The notes below the pieces were generated by a model. The model saw only the letters and a program-made list of their open reading frames with translations. It was not told the origin of the DNA and made no database searches. A stretch of DNA of 46,364 nucleotides, the filler included, from Jimgerdemannia flammicorona (lineage: Eukaryota), in the NCBI GenBank assembly GCA_003990765.1. It is 2 parts of 2 records of this genome, joined end to end, with 100 filler letters (N's around TTAATTAATTAA, not from the genome) between each part and the next. Parts side by side here need not be neighbours in the genome. Positions count along the whole stretch, not along the records: positions 23,235 to 46,364 come from RBNJ01001155.1; 1 more part is not named here. One strand, 5' to 3'. This document shows positions 35,516 through 46,364 of the stretch, in pieces. Made by a program: the position numbers and the translations under genes. Each line of letters starts with the position of its first letter. The stretch's first letter is position 1.

Positions 35516-38500
35516 ATAGAAATATATCTCTCTACATTCTATAGATATACTACTGAAGAGTCAATCCTGACCTTCATAGAAGACTTTGAACAATTTGCCA
35601 CTGTATGGGCTCTCAACATAGATGCACAATTGGCCCTTCTACCAGTCAGCCTTAGAGGACCTGCCAGAGACAAGTTCAATATAGCTACCATTACCAATAC
35701 TAGTATAGCCAGACTTGCCAATATGAAGACCTTCCTCAGAACTATATACTATACTGAAGAGATCAAGCAAGCTCTCAAGGATCAACTCAACACTATCTGC
35801 TAGGGACTCAGTGAAGATCCTAACTCATTCTATATCTGAATCTGCTACCAGATCTTGGCTGACAATGATGACTGCCTCAAGGAATAAATAGCTGATTCAA
35901 CCTTCCTTAAAGGAATTCACCCTGAAATTGCCCAAGCAATCTGATCTATACCAGCTGCACTGATCCTTGATCAGAAAGTGGTCTTTGTATAGAGATATTT
36001 GACTGCCAGATACTCCATCAAACATTCAATAGAGAAAATAACTGGCATCAATATGGAGCCATCAAAGCCAACCAGTATTATACCCACTATAGTTGTAAAC
36101 AGACAACTATCCCCATCTACCCCCAAGGCAGCCAAAGCTGACCCAGTAAAGGAACTTGTCAAGCAGTTTGCTAAGATGACTACACATCTTGATAATATTG
36201 TTAGAGAAGTCTGAAGCACCAACAGGAGACCAGTACAGAGATTTGCAGCTATTACAGAAGAATGCAATATCATATACTTCAGATATGGAGAAGAAGGCCA
36301 CTATGCAAAGAGTTGCATGACTGAAATAAGACATAAAGCCCAAATAAGCAATACTACCAGAACTAGAGAATAAGTCAATACAGTAGTCATTGAGGAGATT
36401 AGTGATACTGATGAAGAAGAATACTATGAAGAGTCTGAATTCTACCCTGTTACTGAAGGTACCAGAACCCAGTCCAAGCCCTATGACAAGAAGAGCAACA
36501 GTAAGCCAGTTAGAAGACCAAAGAAGACTCCAGCTATTACTATTCAAAATAAGATCCAACCTGAGGAGATTGATCAAGACATGGAGTTAGATGAAACTGC
36601 TTATCAAATTATTGAAGGCACTACTCTAGTCTCAGGAGAAAGTGAAAGCAAAAAAGAACAGAAGCTGCACAAGACCATGATCTACCAGGATGATATCTAC
36701 AAAGATCTCAAGAAACAGAAGGGCAATGCTACTTTTGGACAACTAGCCAAAGTCCCTGCCTTCAGATAGCAGTTGAGAGTAGGACTTGCAACTACTATCA
36801 AGAACCAAGAGTATAAGATCATAGAAGCTCACAATGCATAAGAAGATAATCAAGAAGATTTAGGTGAAGAATCTGAAGACCAGTACAAGACATCAGCCTA
36901 TACCCCATATTAGATTGAAGATTGTATCTTTGATGCTATTATTGATACCAGTGCTAGAGGATATCTCATGAATAAGAAGACAATTGACTGCCTAGGCTGG
37001 GACATTGAAGAGTCCACCAAGATAGTCTATATCATAGCAGATAGTACATGAGCTACCCCCCTAGGCAAGATCTGAGAAGTCTCCATCAAGATAGGAGGAG
37101 CTACCATCCCAGTAGATGTGATTGTTACAAGTACCACCAACTATGACATCCTTATTAGCAACCAATGGCTTCACAAGATCAAGGCTATCATTGACCTCAA
37201 TGTCCAGAAGATACAGATCAACTATAGAGGAAGAAAGGTATGAGTCTCTATCAATGTCCACAAAGGAGTTTTACCAGATATAGAGAAAGAAGATGAAGAG
37301 AACACAGAAGTCTTCATGCACTTGATGAATAAGAATAAGAATAAGACACCTAAGCTCACAGATGAGCAGTGATACAATAAGATTATTGATGGCTATACTC
37401 CTCAAGAAAGATATCCCATGGTACTAGAATGTACTGCTCTGAACACCTGAATAACTGCTGGTCCTGTATCAGTGAAGTCAGGAAAATCTGCCAACAAAAG
37501 CATGAGCAAGAAGCTGTTGAAGCAAAAAAGAAAGCTGAAGAAGATGACCAGCCCCCAAAGCTTCAAGCTGACAGCAATGATGAGGAGGAATAAGAACCAG
37601 ACATCACTCTCAAGGTTAAGAAGTTTCATCCCAAGGCCAAGATCTCAGAATACAAGACTGAAGAACTATAAGAATGAATCTTGCCAGCATTCAAGATGCT
37701 ACCCTCAAACCACAGACCACCACTCTGGGTACTAGAATTGGAGTCAAGTTACCAGAAAACTATGCTAGAATTATCAAGACCAGGAGCAGTCTGATCAAAA
37801 GTGAAATCTCAGTTAAAGAAAGAGTAATTGACTCTGATTACACTAGTGAGATCTTTCTCATAGTCAGGAATCACAACCCCACCACTCTATTTGAAGTTAA
37901 GAAGTATGACAGGATTGGCCAGATGCTGATTCATGAAGTCAAGAAGCCCAAGATCACTGAAGTCATTGAACTCATCAAGACCAAGAGAGGAGAACAAGGC
38001 TTTGGATCTACTAAAGAAAGAGACCAAATTCAAATAGACCAAGGAATGGCAAGAAACCTTCAATGAACTCAAGACCAGATTGATCCAAGCACCCATTCTC
38101 AGAAGACTAGATTAGAACCTAGAGTTCATCCTGCAAACAGATGCAAGTGCTATAGAACTTGGAGCAGTCCTAGCTCAGAAGAAAGATGGACATAAATATG
38201 GTATCTCCTATATAAGTCAAGGTACCCACAGAGCAGAACAGAACTACAAGTCATATAAGCTAGAATGCTTAGCAGTAGTTTGGATGGTAGATAAGTTCCA
38301 CTACTACCTGGCTAGGAAATACTTCACTATTCAAACAGACCACTCTGCTCTCACCTAGCTATTCCACACTCTGAACACCAAAGAAATATATGTCAGCTAG
38401 ATCTACAGGCTACAAGAGTATAACTGTACTATCAAACACTACTCAGGAAGAACTAATGCCAATACTGATACACTTTCAAGAATATCCTAAAACATCCCTA

Positions 38501-39761
38501 TCAAGACTTTTCAATATAAATAAGGAGCTATACTATGGATTAATCAGCTACCTTAGGCAGCAGAAGATACCCAACCACCTTGAACTCTAGACTATCACCA
38601 TTATTAACCAGACTTGGAAATAATTTAAACTAGACAACACCATACTCAGAAAAGGGGGAAAGCTCATAATACTCAAATACAAGAAGTATTAAGTAATGAA
38701 GGAAGTATACAAACAAGGATACCTAGGAGAAACTAACACATATGGCAAGATAAAAAGAATTATATAGTAGCTCAAGATGGAAGAAGATCTGTACCAATTT
38801 GTCAAAGGGTATGATAAGTGCCAAAAATAGAAACAAGATCAGTAAGACCAGGCACTCAAGTTATCAAGAATTGAGCCTATCCTCTTCCACCATATTGCAA
38901 TAGATATCATTGGACCACTACAGTAACACTATCAGAAAACTACTATATTACAGTTATTGTAGACCTCTTTACCAAATGGTTAGAAGCAGAAGCATTACAA
39001 GAAGTCAATGCTCTCTCTATAGCTGACTTCCTATACCAAGAAATCATCTGCTGCTATAAGACACTAAGACAAATTACCACAGACCATGGCACAGAATTTG
39101 TCAATGGATTCTATAAGATAATGTATTAGAAATATAAGATTCAGCATATCAAGACCACTGCATACTACCCTCAAGGAAATAGGCAGATAGAGAGAACCAA
39201 CAAGACTCTTAAGAACATCCTGGTGAAGATCTCAGATACATATGAGAATTGGGATAACTACCTCCCAACTGCCCTCTCTGTTCTATGAGATATACAGTCA
39301 CAGAGTACACACTTTACCCCAAAAGAACTACTCTTTGGAGAAGAAGATTCTGATGGAACCTCAGCTATAAATCAAGATCTAACATAGAGATAGATTGACT
39401 CAGAAATCTGGAGACTACACCAAATCAGGAAGAAAGCTGAAGATTATATTATCAAGTCACAAGTGCTGATAAGGAAGAATGCAGAAAAGAATCACAGATC
39501 CTAAAACACATCCAAATTGGAGAAAAGGTCCCACTGTATTGAAATATGGTAGAAGCCTCATGGTTATGAAAACTGGAGCCCAAATGGAAAGGACTCTTCT
39601 ATGTGCAAGATATCAAGGGAACTATCTTCTAGCTTAGAAAACTCTCAGAGACCATACTGCCTACTATGGTATACAGGAATAGACTCAAGAAGTACCATGA
39701 ATCTATACAAGAGAAGTAAAATGTAATGACCACCCACAAGGTTCTAGTCCATGAATCATAA
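35516..39761 (+). pseudogene. E2 gag-PR-dUTPase-(RT deleted)-RH-IN
   Basis: Colinear with E1; dUTPase VIDSDYTSEI..RGEQGFGST joined at ~38010 to the RT/RH connector; LQTDAS RNase H; integrase TDHGTEF. Confidence 0.92.
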
Positions 39762-40333
39762 CAGCATGTCCTGTGACTAGCAGGCAATTTGTCTAGACCA
39801 TTCTCTAAGGGATATAGTACCAGCAACTACTCATCAGTGAGACTTTTGAAGCCAGAGGAGTTCAAACCATTAACTGATTGGTCAAGATCAGAATTAGGTC
39901 CTTGCTCTATATGAAGAGAGTAACTCTTCACCATCATGCCAAAATATATAGGGAAGATGCCAGCCCATAAATACCACTTTTCAACCCCCCTGCCAGAGAT
40001 TATAGAATCAGAAAATTTTTCAAGACTGGTCCAATGAATAAGGACATTCAAGAGAAGATCCTTATTTAGGAGAAAGATGTAATGGTGACCTCAGAATTAT
40101 GACATCAGTATAGGAGACAGCCTTTCCTTGCAAGCCACCAGATTGAAGTATAAGAAGATCATATAGCATGACTCACCCAGGCTACAAGATGAGCAATGAT
40201 GACCAACTGTGAGTCATTGGGACCATAAGACAGACATCTTGAGGAATATAAAAGAAGAATTAAGGAACTACAGTAGCAGCAACTCAATAAGACCCATTAA
40301 TCTCAAAATAGCTCAAAGACTACTACAAAAAAA

Positions 40334-41154
40334 ATGCCTACTGCTTACCAAACCTCAAGATCAAGGAACCACCAAGGCCCCTCAGTCCAGAAAGGATGTT
40401 CTAAGACATCTAAAGAGTCATAAGGACCTGCACTACAAGGACTTCTAGTGTCAACCTGAATTCTGGTAACTCTTATCATTATATTCTCTACTGCTGTAAG
40501 ATGGAAACAAGAATCACCATTACTACCAAATATCTCCAGATGTAACAAGAATATGAAATAGGAAACCTCCTCTGCCAGAAATTCCCTCAAGCCAGCCCTC
40601 AAGAGCTACAAGATGCCACTTCTATGGATATATATGAAATAAGGACAGCTAAAAAGATTCATCAGATTTTCAGACATGCACTATGGTCGATCTCTAACTT
40701 GGAGTATATCAGAGTCTCAGACTTCAGGGATCTGTCAGTCTGCCATATCAATGTACTAGAAGTCATAGTAGCTATAGAAGTCCAGTTCACTATCACCCTC
40801 AATAGTGATGAGATAGAAGAGTTCTGGTATCACATCCTTTAGGACAATCTAGATTAATTCCTACAAGGATTGATCTCAGTATTCCAAGGCCCAAGTATCT
40901 AGGCCAGACCTCTCTAAGACCCTACATTTGTCTCTTATTTTGTAAAAGAGAACCTCATAGACTAGAGAGCTTCTGATCTCCTTACTCTCCCCACTGCCAA
41001 ATTTGATGATGTCACTAGTGACAACATCATCTTATATGATATATACAAAATATATGATAAAGTATGCAAAATGGACAAAACATTCCTGGACCTCATCTTC
41101 TTTGAGGACAGTGATGAGGATGAAGCCTCCATGGTTCTGAACTTTTTACTCTGA
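40334..41154 (+). pseudogene. U3-encoded ORF, copy 5
   Basis: Includes track 40624..40842; ends MVLNFLL*. Confidence 0.7.
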
Positions 41155-43365
41155 GTTCTTGGTGATACTGAATTCTGCCAGCATTCTTTTCCTATATAAC
41201 AGTTAATCCTTCTACTAGCATTCTGATCTTATATAACTCAGAATTCTTCCAGTATTCTTTTTCTGTATTATCAAAATTCTACTAGTATACTGAACTTGTA
41301 TAACCATCTATACCAATACTAGAATCTGCACTGACAACTGTAGTTTTCTGTGTTTCAGTATTTTATTTAGTTATTGGAATTTATATTTAGCTTTATATCT
41401 TAGCAACTATTGAATTATATTTTGTATAAATACCCCTCTTATTTTCTTTGAAATAAAGTCAGTTTCTCTCAGTACAATATATATAATTCCTTATAAGTAA
41501 TCTAAAGAGATAATAAGACAGTTTAAAGATAAAAAGTTTGAAGACTATAAGATCTTGAGAAGACACTTCAATAAGAACTTACTTATAACAAACTTGAGTT
41601 AGTCTAAGAGATACACCTTGAAGAGAATCTGACATATTTGAAGGACTCAGCAACTACTATATGACAATATAAAAGATTTTCTAATATTAAAGAATGATAT
41701 TATATCTCTAGAGCCTAAGTTATTTCAAATTATCTAAAAGAAGTTTCAGAAGTAGAATATTATATATTTATTTTAGATACATAAATATATTACTTTTTTA
41801 TTAAATCTATAATAAATAATCTATATATACTTGTATAATTTCTTAACTATTATAAAATAAAAATAATATCTAAAGTACTTAAATTATTATTTTTATAGTT
41901 TAATATATAGATTTTAATTATAATTATTTGGCTTTTAAGAAGCATTTAAAATAAACTTAATTTAGAACTAAATATTAAATATAATATTATAGAATTAATA
42001 TTATTAAAATTATTATTATTAATATATTATTAGTAATTATTAATTTTTTAATAAAATCTTTAAAAATAATTAAATAAATATTTTATAAGATAGTTATATA
42101 TTTTAAAGTTATATAAAAGACTAATATTTAAAATTTATTACTATCTTCTTACTAGCTTATAGTAAAAGTAATAATAATCTTTATTTTTTAAATAGTATTT
42201 ATTTGTAGCTAAATTAAACTTCAAAAATAAAATTTTTAATAATTTATTTTTAATATAAAGAATTTAATAATAAAGATAAAACTTAAGATTCAAATAAATT
42301 AGCTCTTGAGTTCTTGTTTCAATCTCTTGTTTTAAGTTTTTATTTTGAGTTATTTTTACTTATATTTTAATAAAATGATATTTAATTTTATTATACGTAA
42401 ATTTGTTGAAAAGCTATAATTTAGAAACTTCTATTAAGTATACATATATATTAAATTTAGATATTATTTTATTAAAATATGAGTAAAAATATTATATCTT
42501 GAATTACTAATATATAATATAGTATAGAATAGTTAAGATATATACTAATTAACTAAATAAATTTATAGCTTATAGTGTATTTAATTTTTGAATAAGATAA
42601 AAAGATAAATTATATAGATTATTATAATATAGCAGATATATACTAGTAAAAGTATAGTAGATTTCTTTATATTGAATACTTGATCTTCTTTGTCTTCTCA
42701 GAGTCTTTAGGTATAGAAATAGATAAGTTTGAAATATATCTGTCTACAGACTTACTAGTTTCATATCTCTTTGCTTAAACTATTTTGATTTTCTAGATAC
42801 TGAGGATATTTAGATAGGTTTGCTAACTATATAATAACTAAGTTGAGATTTGTTTTTCTATAAGTTATTTATATAGTTGTGAGATCTATATATATATATA
42901 TTGTATATCTATATAGTCTATACAATTGTGAGTTTTATATAGTTATACTTTTGTATAATTATAAAGATTATATAACTAAAAGATTGAATAACTGCTAAAC
43001 TATAATACTGTTATATTATATCAGAAATTAGATTCAGATATTACATATAATAAAATATCTATTATCTAATTATTATTACTAATTTGAATCAATATTAACA
43101 ACTTTCTCCTAAATAAGAGATTTTATCTCTGAATTGCCGTATTTAATCTTCTATACTTTGATCAATTATATATTCTTATACTGTATGGTCTGCTTAATTA
43201 TATTCTCTCAATGAGGTCTTTTCACTTGTCAGAAATCTCCTAAGACTACTCCTCAGAAATAGACCAGGGCTTGCTCATTATCTTTAAATAGTTTGTAGAT
43301 CTACTTGGTAATACATAGTGATTTGGGTGTAAGATATCTGATTCTTGGTAATCTACTCTCTTTAG

Positions 43366-43921
43366 TAGTGCTCCGAATGAGTCAATCCGGAGGGGATCCG
43401 GATTCGAATCAACGATTGTTTTGATTTCCAAATTAGACAATTAAATGTTTACATCAATAACTCGATGAATAATCATCCAAATTTGATGATCTTGGTGTCA
43501 TTTGAAAGCCCTTAATAAGGCCTTTCTAATGATACTAAGAACATTATAATTGGATTATGCATTGTCGAGATGTTAAGGAAACTGTTCCATTTGACGAAAT
43601 TTCCAAAATTGGCAAATCAAAATTGGTGATTCAGATGTTTTCCTTCATAACTCAGCAACACATGATTCGATTTCAATGTTCTTGGTATCATTAGATAGGC
43701 CTTATTAAGGACATTCAAATGACACCAAGATCATCTAATTGGGATGATTATCTATCGAGTTATTGATGTAAACATTTAATTGTCTAATTTGGAAATCAAA
43801 ACAATTGTTGATTCGAATCTATCCAGATGGGATTCAAATTCCATCCAAGTTGATCTAGATGGAATTCAATCCAAATCAATCCGAATTCCATCTGGATTAA
43901 ATTGACTCATTAGAAGTACTA
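43366..43921. mobile_element. 556-bp palindromic non-autonomous DNA transposon (hAT-type MITE)
   Basis: 8-bp TSD CTCTTTAG (43358-43365, 43922-43929); TIR TAGTGCTCCGAATGAGTCAAT / ATTGACTCATTAGAAGTACTA; long internal inverted arms. Confidence 0.9.
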
Positions 43922-44144
43922 CTCTTTAGTTATATCTTTTTTCTTATTTAGTAATTATTCCAACTTGAAGTGCTCTTAAAACTCAGCATGATTTTGGTAG
44001 GCTCCAAAGTATAAAATATATAATATAATAGGTGGGTCTATATGATACTTTGAATACTGGTGAAGGATTCCTCTATAGCTGGTAACTTAGTAGAATACTA
44101 TTATCTCTCTATAGCTTACTGAGTAGTACTTGTGATCTTGAGAG

Positions 44145-44162
44145 CTATAGCAGTACTTTATT

Positions 44163-44228
<66 letters not shown>

Positions 44229-45231
44229 TATAGTCTCTTAGACTTCTTCCTTTATTAAAACACCCATCTATCTCATATATAATATACTGAGCCCACTCCT
44301 AACCAATCCCCCTAGGGGGGACTCAGTACTTCATTGGTTAGCTATGATATGTACTTCTTGAGTTAGTTTTAGTAGATGGTAGTAGAGATAATTATACCTA
44401 ATAGTTTTTATTGCTAAAAGATAGTTTCTTTTATATTTTATACAAGATAGAGTTCTTCCCACTTGAGCTCTAGTTGTTATAACTTTGAAGCTTCTATTTT
44501 ATTCTAATATATTAGAACTTTATCTCTTATCTTGATAATCTTTAAGAACTTAGATCTTCTCTATATTATTCTATATATTATAATATCTATATCTTAATTA
44601 TATAATCTTTCACCTTATTTCTTATTTGGTGCACTCTCTATATCTTAGTGTCCAATTATTTCTATACTGTATCTCATTAGATAATAGAGTTTTTTCAGAA
44701 CTTTCTTCTCTAAACAATAATTTCTAGGAGATAAAGTAGGTACTTTGTAATTATATATCTCAGAGAGATAATACTATTAGCAGATAGTGGTCCCAATTTT
44801 TATAGTTCAAATATACCAAATCTTATACTTCTTATAGAGATACTTAAAGAGCTGATTTATAAATTTTATTTCTCTATTCATTATTACTTTCTCTGAAGTC
44901 TTAAATTAGTAGATAATTTCTCTATAGAAGAAATCAGTAATTGACTATTTATTGACTTCTTTGAGGAATCTTACTTCTATTGATTTTATAAAGAGATCTA
45001 TAATAGCAATAACATATCAGTTACCAGTCAATATCAGGATTAGGAGACTAATTATATTTATTACAATATGAGCAAATAATACTGATTCTAGATCTGCTGA
45101 CTCTAGTATTTGATTGCTTCAATTTTTGGTATTTATTATAGATCTTAACAAATTATCTGATATCTTCTACTATTCTTAACCACTATATTTTTCTTCTTAC
45201 TTTATCATAGATATTTGTTTCTTCTAGATAG
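44145..45231 (-). pseudogene. Older, very decayed Gypsy integrase of a related family
   Basis: GN*YVIAIIDLFIK, TDFFYREII, NWDHYL, ELKWEELY, LKKYI; colinear with the E1/E2 integrase. Confidence 0.8.
44167..44323 (-). mobile_element. Short poly(A) retroposon (SINE or 5'-truncated LINE) with ~16-bp TSD
   Basis: ~60-T tail; AATAAA on minus; CAGTACTTTATTGGTT (44151-44166) versus CAGTACTTCATTGGTT (44324-44339). Confidence 0.8.
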
Positions 45232-46364
45232 TGTAATAGTGACCCCAGAATGATGACATCAGCACAGGAGACAGTAATTCCTTATAAGCCACCAGATTGA
45301 AGCATAGAAAGATTATACAGCATGACTCACTCAGACTATGAGATAAGTAATGATGACCAACTATGAGTCATTGTGACCACAGTTCAGATATCTTGAGGAA
45401 TATAAAAGAAGGATCAAGGAACTGCAGTAGTAGCAACCAACAAGACTTATCAATTCTAAAATAGCTCAAAGACTTACTACAAATGAAATGCCTGCTGCTT
45501 GCCAAACCTCAAGGTCAAGAAACTACCAAGGCACCTCAGTTGAGGAAAGGATGTTCTAAGACATCAGAAGAGCCATGAGGACCTACACAAGAAGGACTCC
45601 TAGTGTCAACCTGAGTACTAGTGACCCTTATCACTATATCCTCTACTACCATGAAATGGAAACAAGGATCACCATTGCTACTGAATGCCTCTAAATGTGA
45701 CAGGAGTATGAAATAGGAAATCTCCTCTACTGAGAGTTCCTATAGGCCAGCCCTCAAGAGTTATAAGATACCACTTCCATGGATATACATGAAACAAGAA
45801 TAGCTAAGAAGATCTATCAGATCTTCAGGCATGCACCATGGTCAATTCCCAACTTAGAGTATATTAGAGTCTCAGATTTCAGAGATCTGTTAGCCCACTA
45901 TATCAATGCACTAGAAGCCAGAGTGACTATAGAAGCCCAGTCCACTATCACCCTCAATAGTGATGAAGTAGAAGACTTCTGGTATCCCATCCTCCAGGAT
46001 AACCCGGACCAATTCCTGCAAGGATTGATCTCAGTATTCCAAGGCCCAGGCATCTAGGTTAGACCTCCCCAAGACTCCACATTTGTCCCCTATTTCATGG
46101 AAGAGAATCTCATAGATTAGAGAGCCTCTGATTTCTCTGCCAAATGTGATGATATTATTAGTGATGACATCATCCCACACAACATATATGAAATGTCTGA
46201 TCTATATGATGATGACAAGACAGATGAAATATTTGCAGACCTTATCTCCTTTGAAGACATCCTGACCTCAGATGAGAATGAAGCCTCTATGGTCTTGAAC
46301 ATTCTGCTCTAAAGTTCTTTAGTTATACTGAATTATACCAGCACTCTTTTCCTTTTTTTTTTTT
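45232..46364 (+). mobile_element. Gypsy-family LTR (solo or 5'), inserted in the old integrase, running off the right edge
   Basis: TGTAATAGTGACCCC start with no PPT upstream; a T run begins at ~46353. Confidence 0.88.
45488..46312 (+). pseudogene. U3-encoded ORF, copy 6 (274 aa, no frameshift)
   Basis: 825 nt from ATG to TAA in one frame; internal stops fall at codons read as Gln/Trp/Arg in other copies; acidic C-terminus. Confidence 0.8.

Larger units (their letters stand above)
33802..41666 (+). mobile_element. Gypsy element E2, same family as E1, RT deleted, 4-bp TSD ATAT
   Basis: LTRs 33802-35395 and 40078-41666; ATAT at 33798-33801 and 41667-41670; PPT AGGAGAAAGA at 40068-40077. Confidence 0.95.

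Noticed and set aside
44165..45231. Integrase apparently followed by AATAAA and poly(A), suggesting a novel LTR-less element
   Set aside because: A ~16-bp TSD shows the poly(A) piece is a separate insertion into the integrase tail.

Overview
Eukaryotic DNA, most likely fungal and probably Mucoromycota-like (inferred from the MFS and PDI remnants and the Gypsy type). The window is mostly nested, heavily C>T/G>A-mutated retroelements, with a 100-nt scaffold gap at 23135-23234. Left to right: (1) an LTR-like end carrying a decayed ~365-aa ORF; (2) a Penelope-like RT element with no visible endonuclease, present as a ~3.5-kb-arm head-to-head palindrome plus a downstream direct repeat, invaded by a solo LTR and a full dUTPase-bearing Ty3/Gypsy element (E1); (3) a frameshifted MFS transporter gene and a divergent PDI/thioredoxin pseudogene, separated by an Ngaro-type tyrosine-recombinase retrotransposon; (4) a second Gypsy copy (E2) lacking its RT; (5) a palindromic hAT-type MITE, an older Gypsy integrase remnant with a poly(A) insertion, and another LTR. 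The most notable signal is a ~274-aa ORF inside U3 of all six Gypsy LTR copies, with a recognisable distant homolog in an unrelated LTR-like segment. All alignments were done by eye; boundaries not anchored by TSDs or splice sites are approximate.
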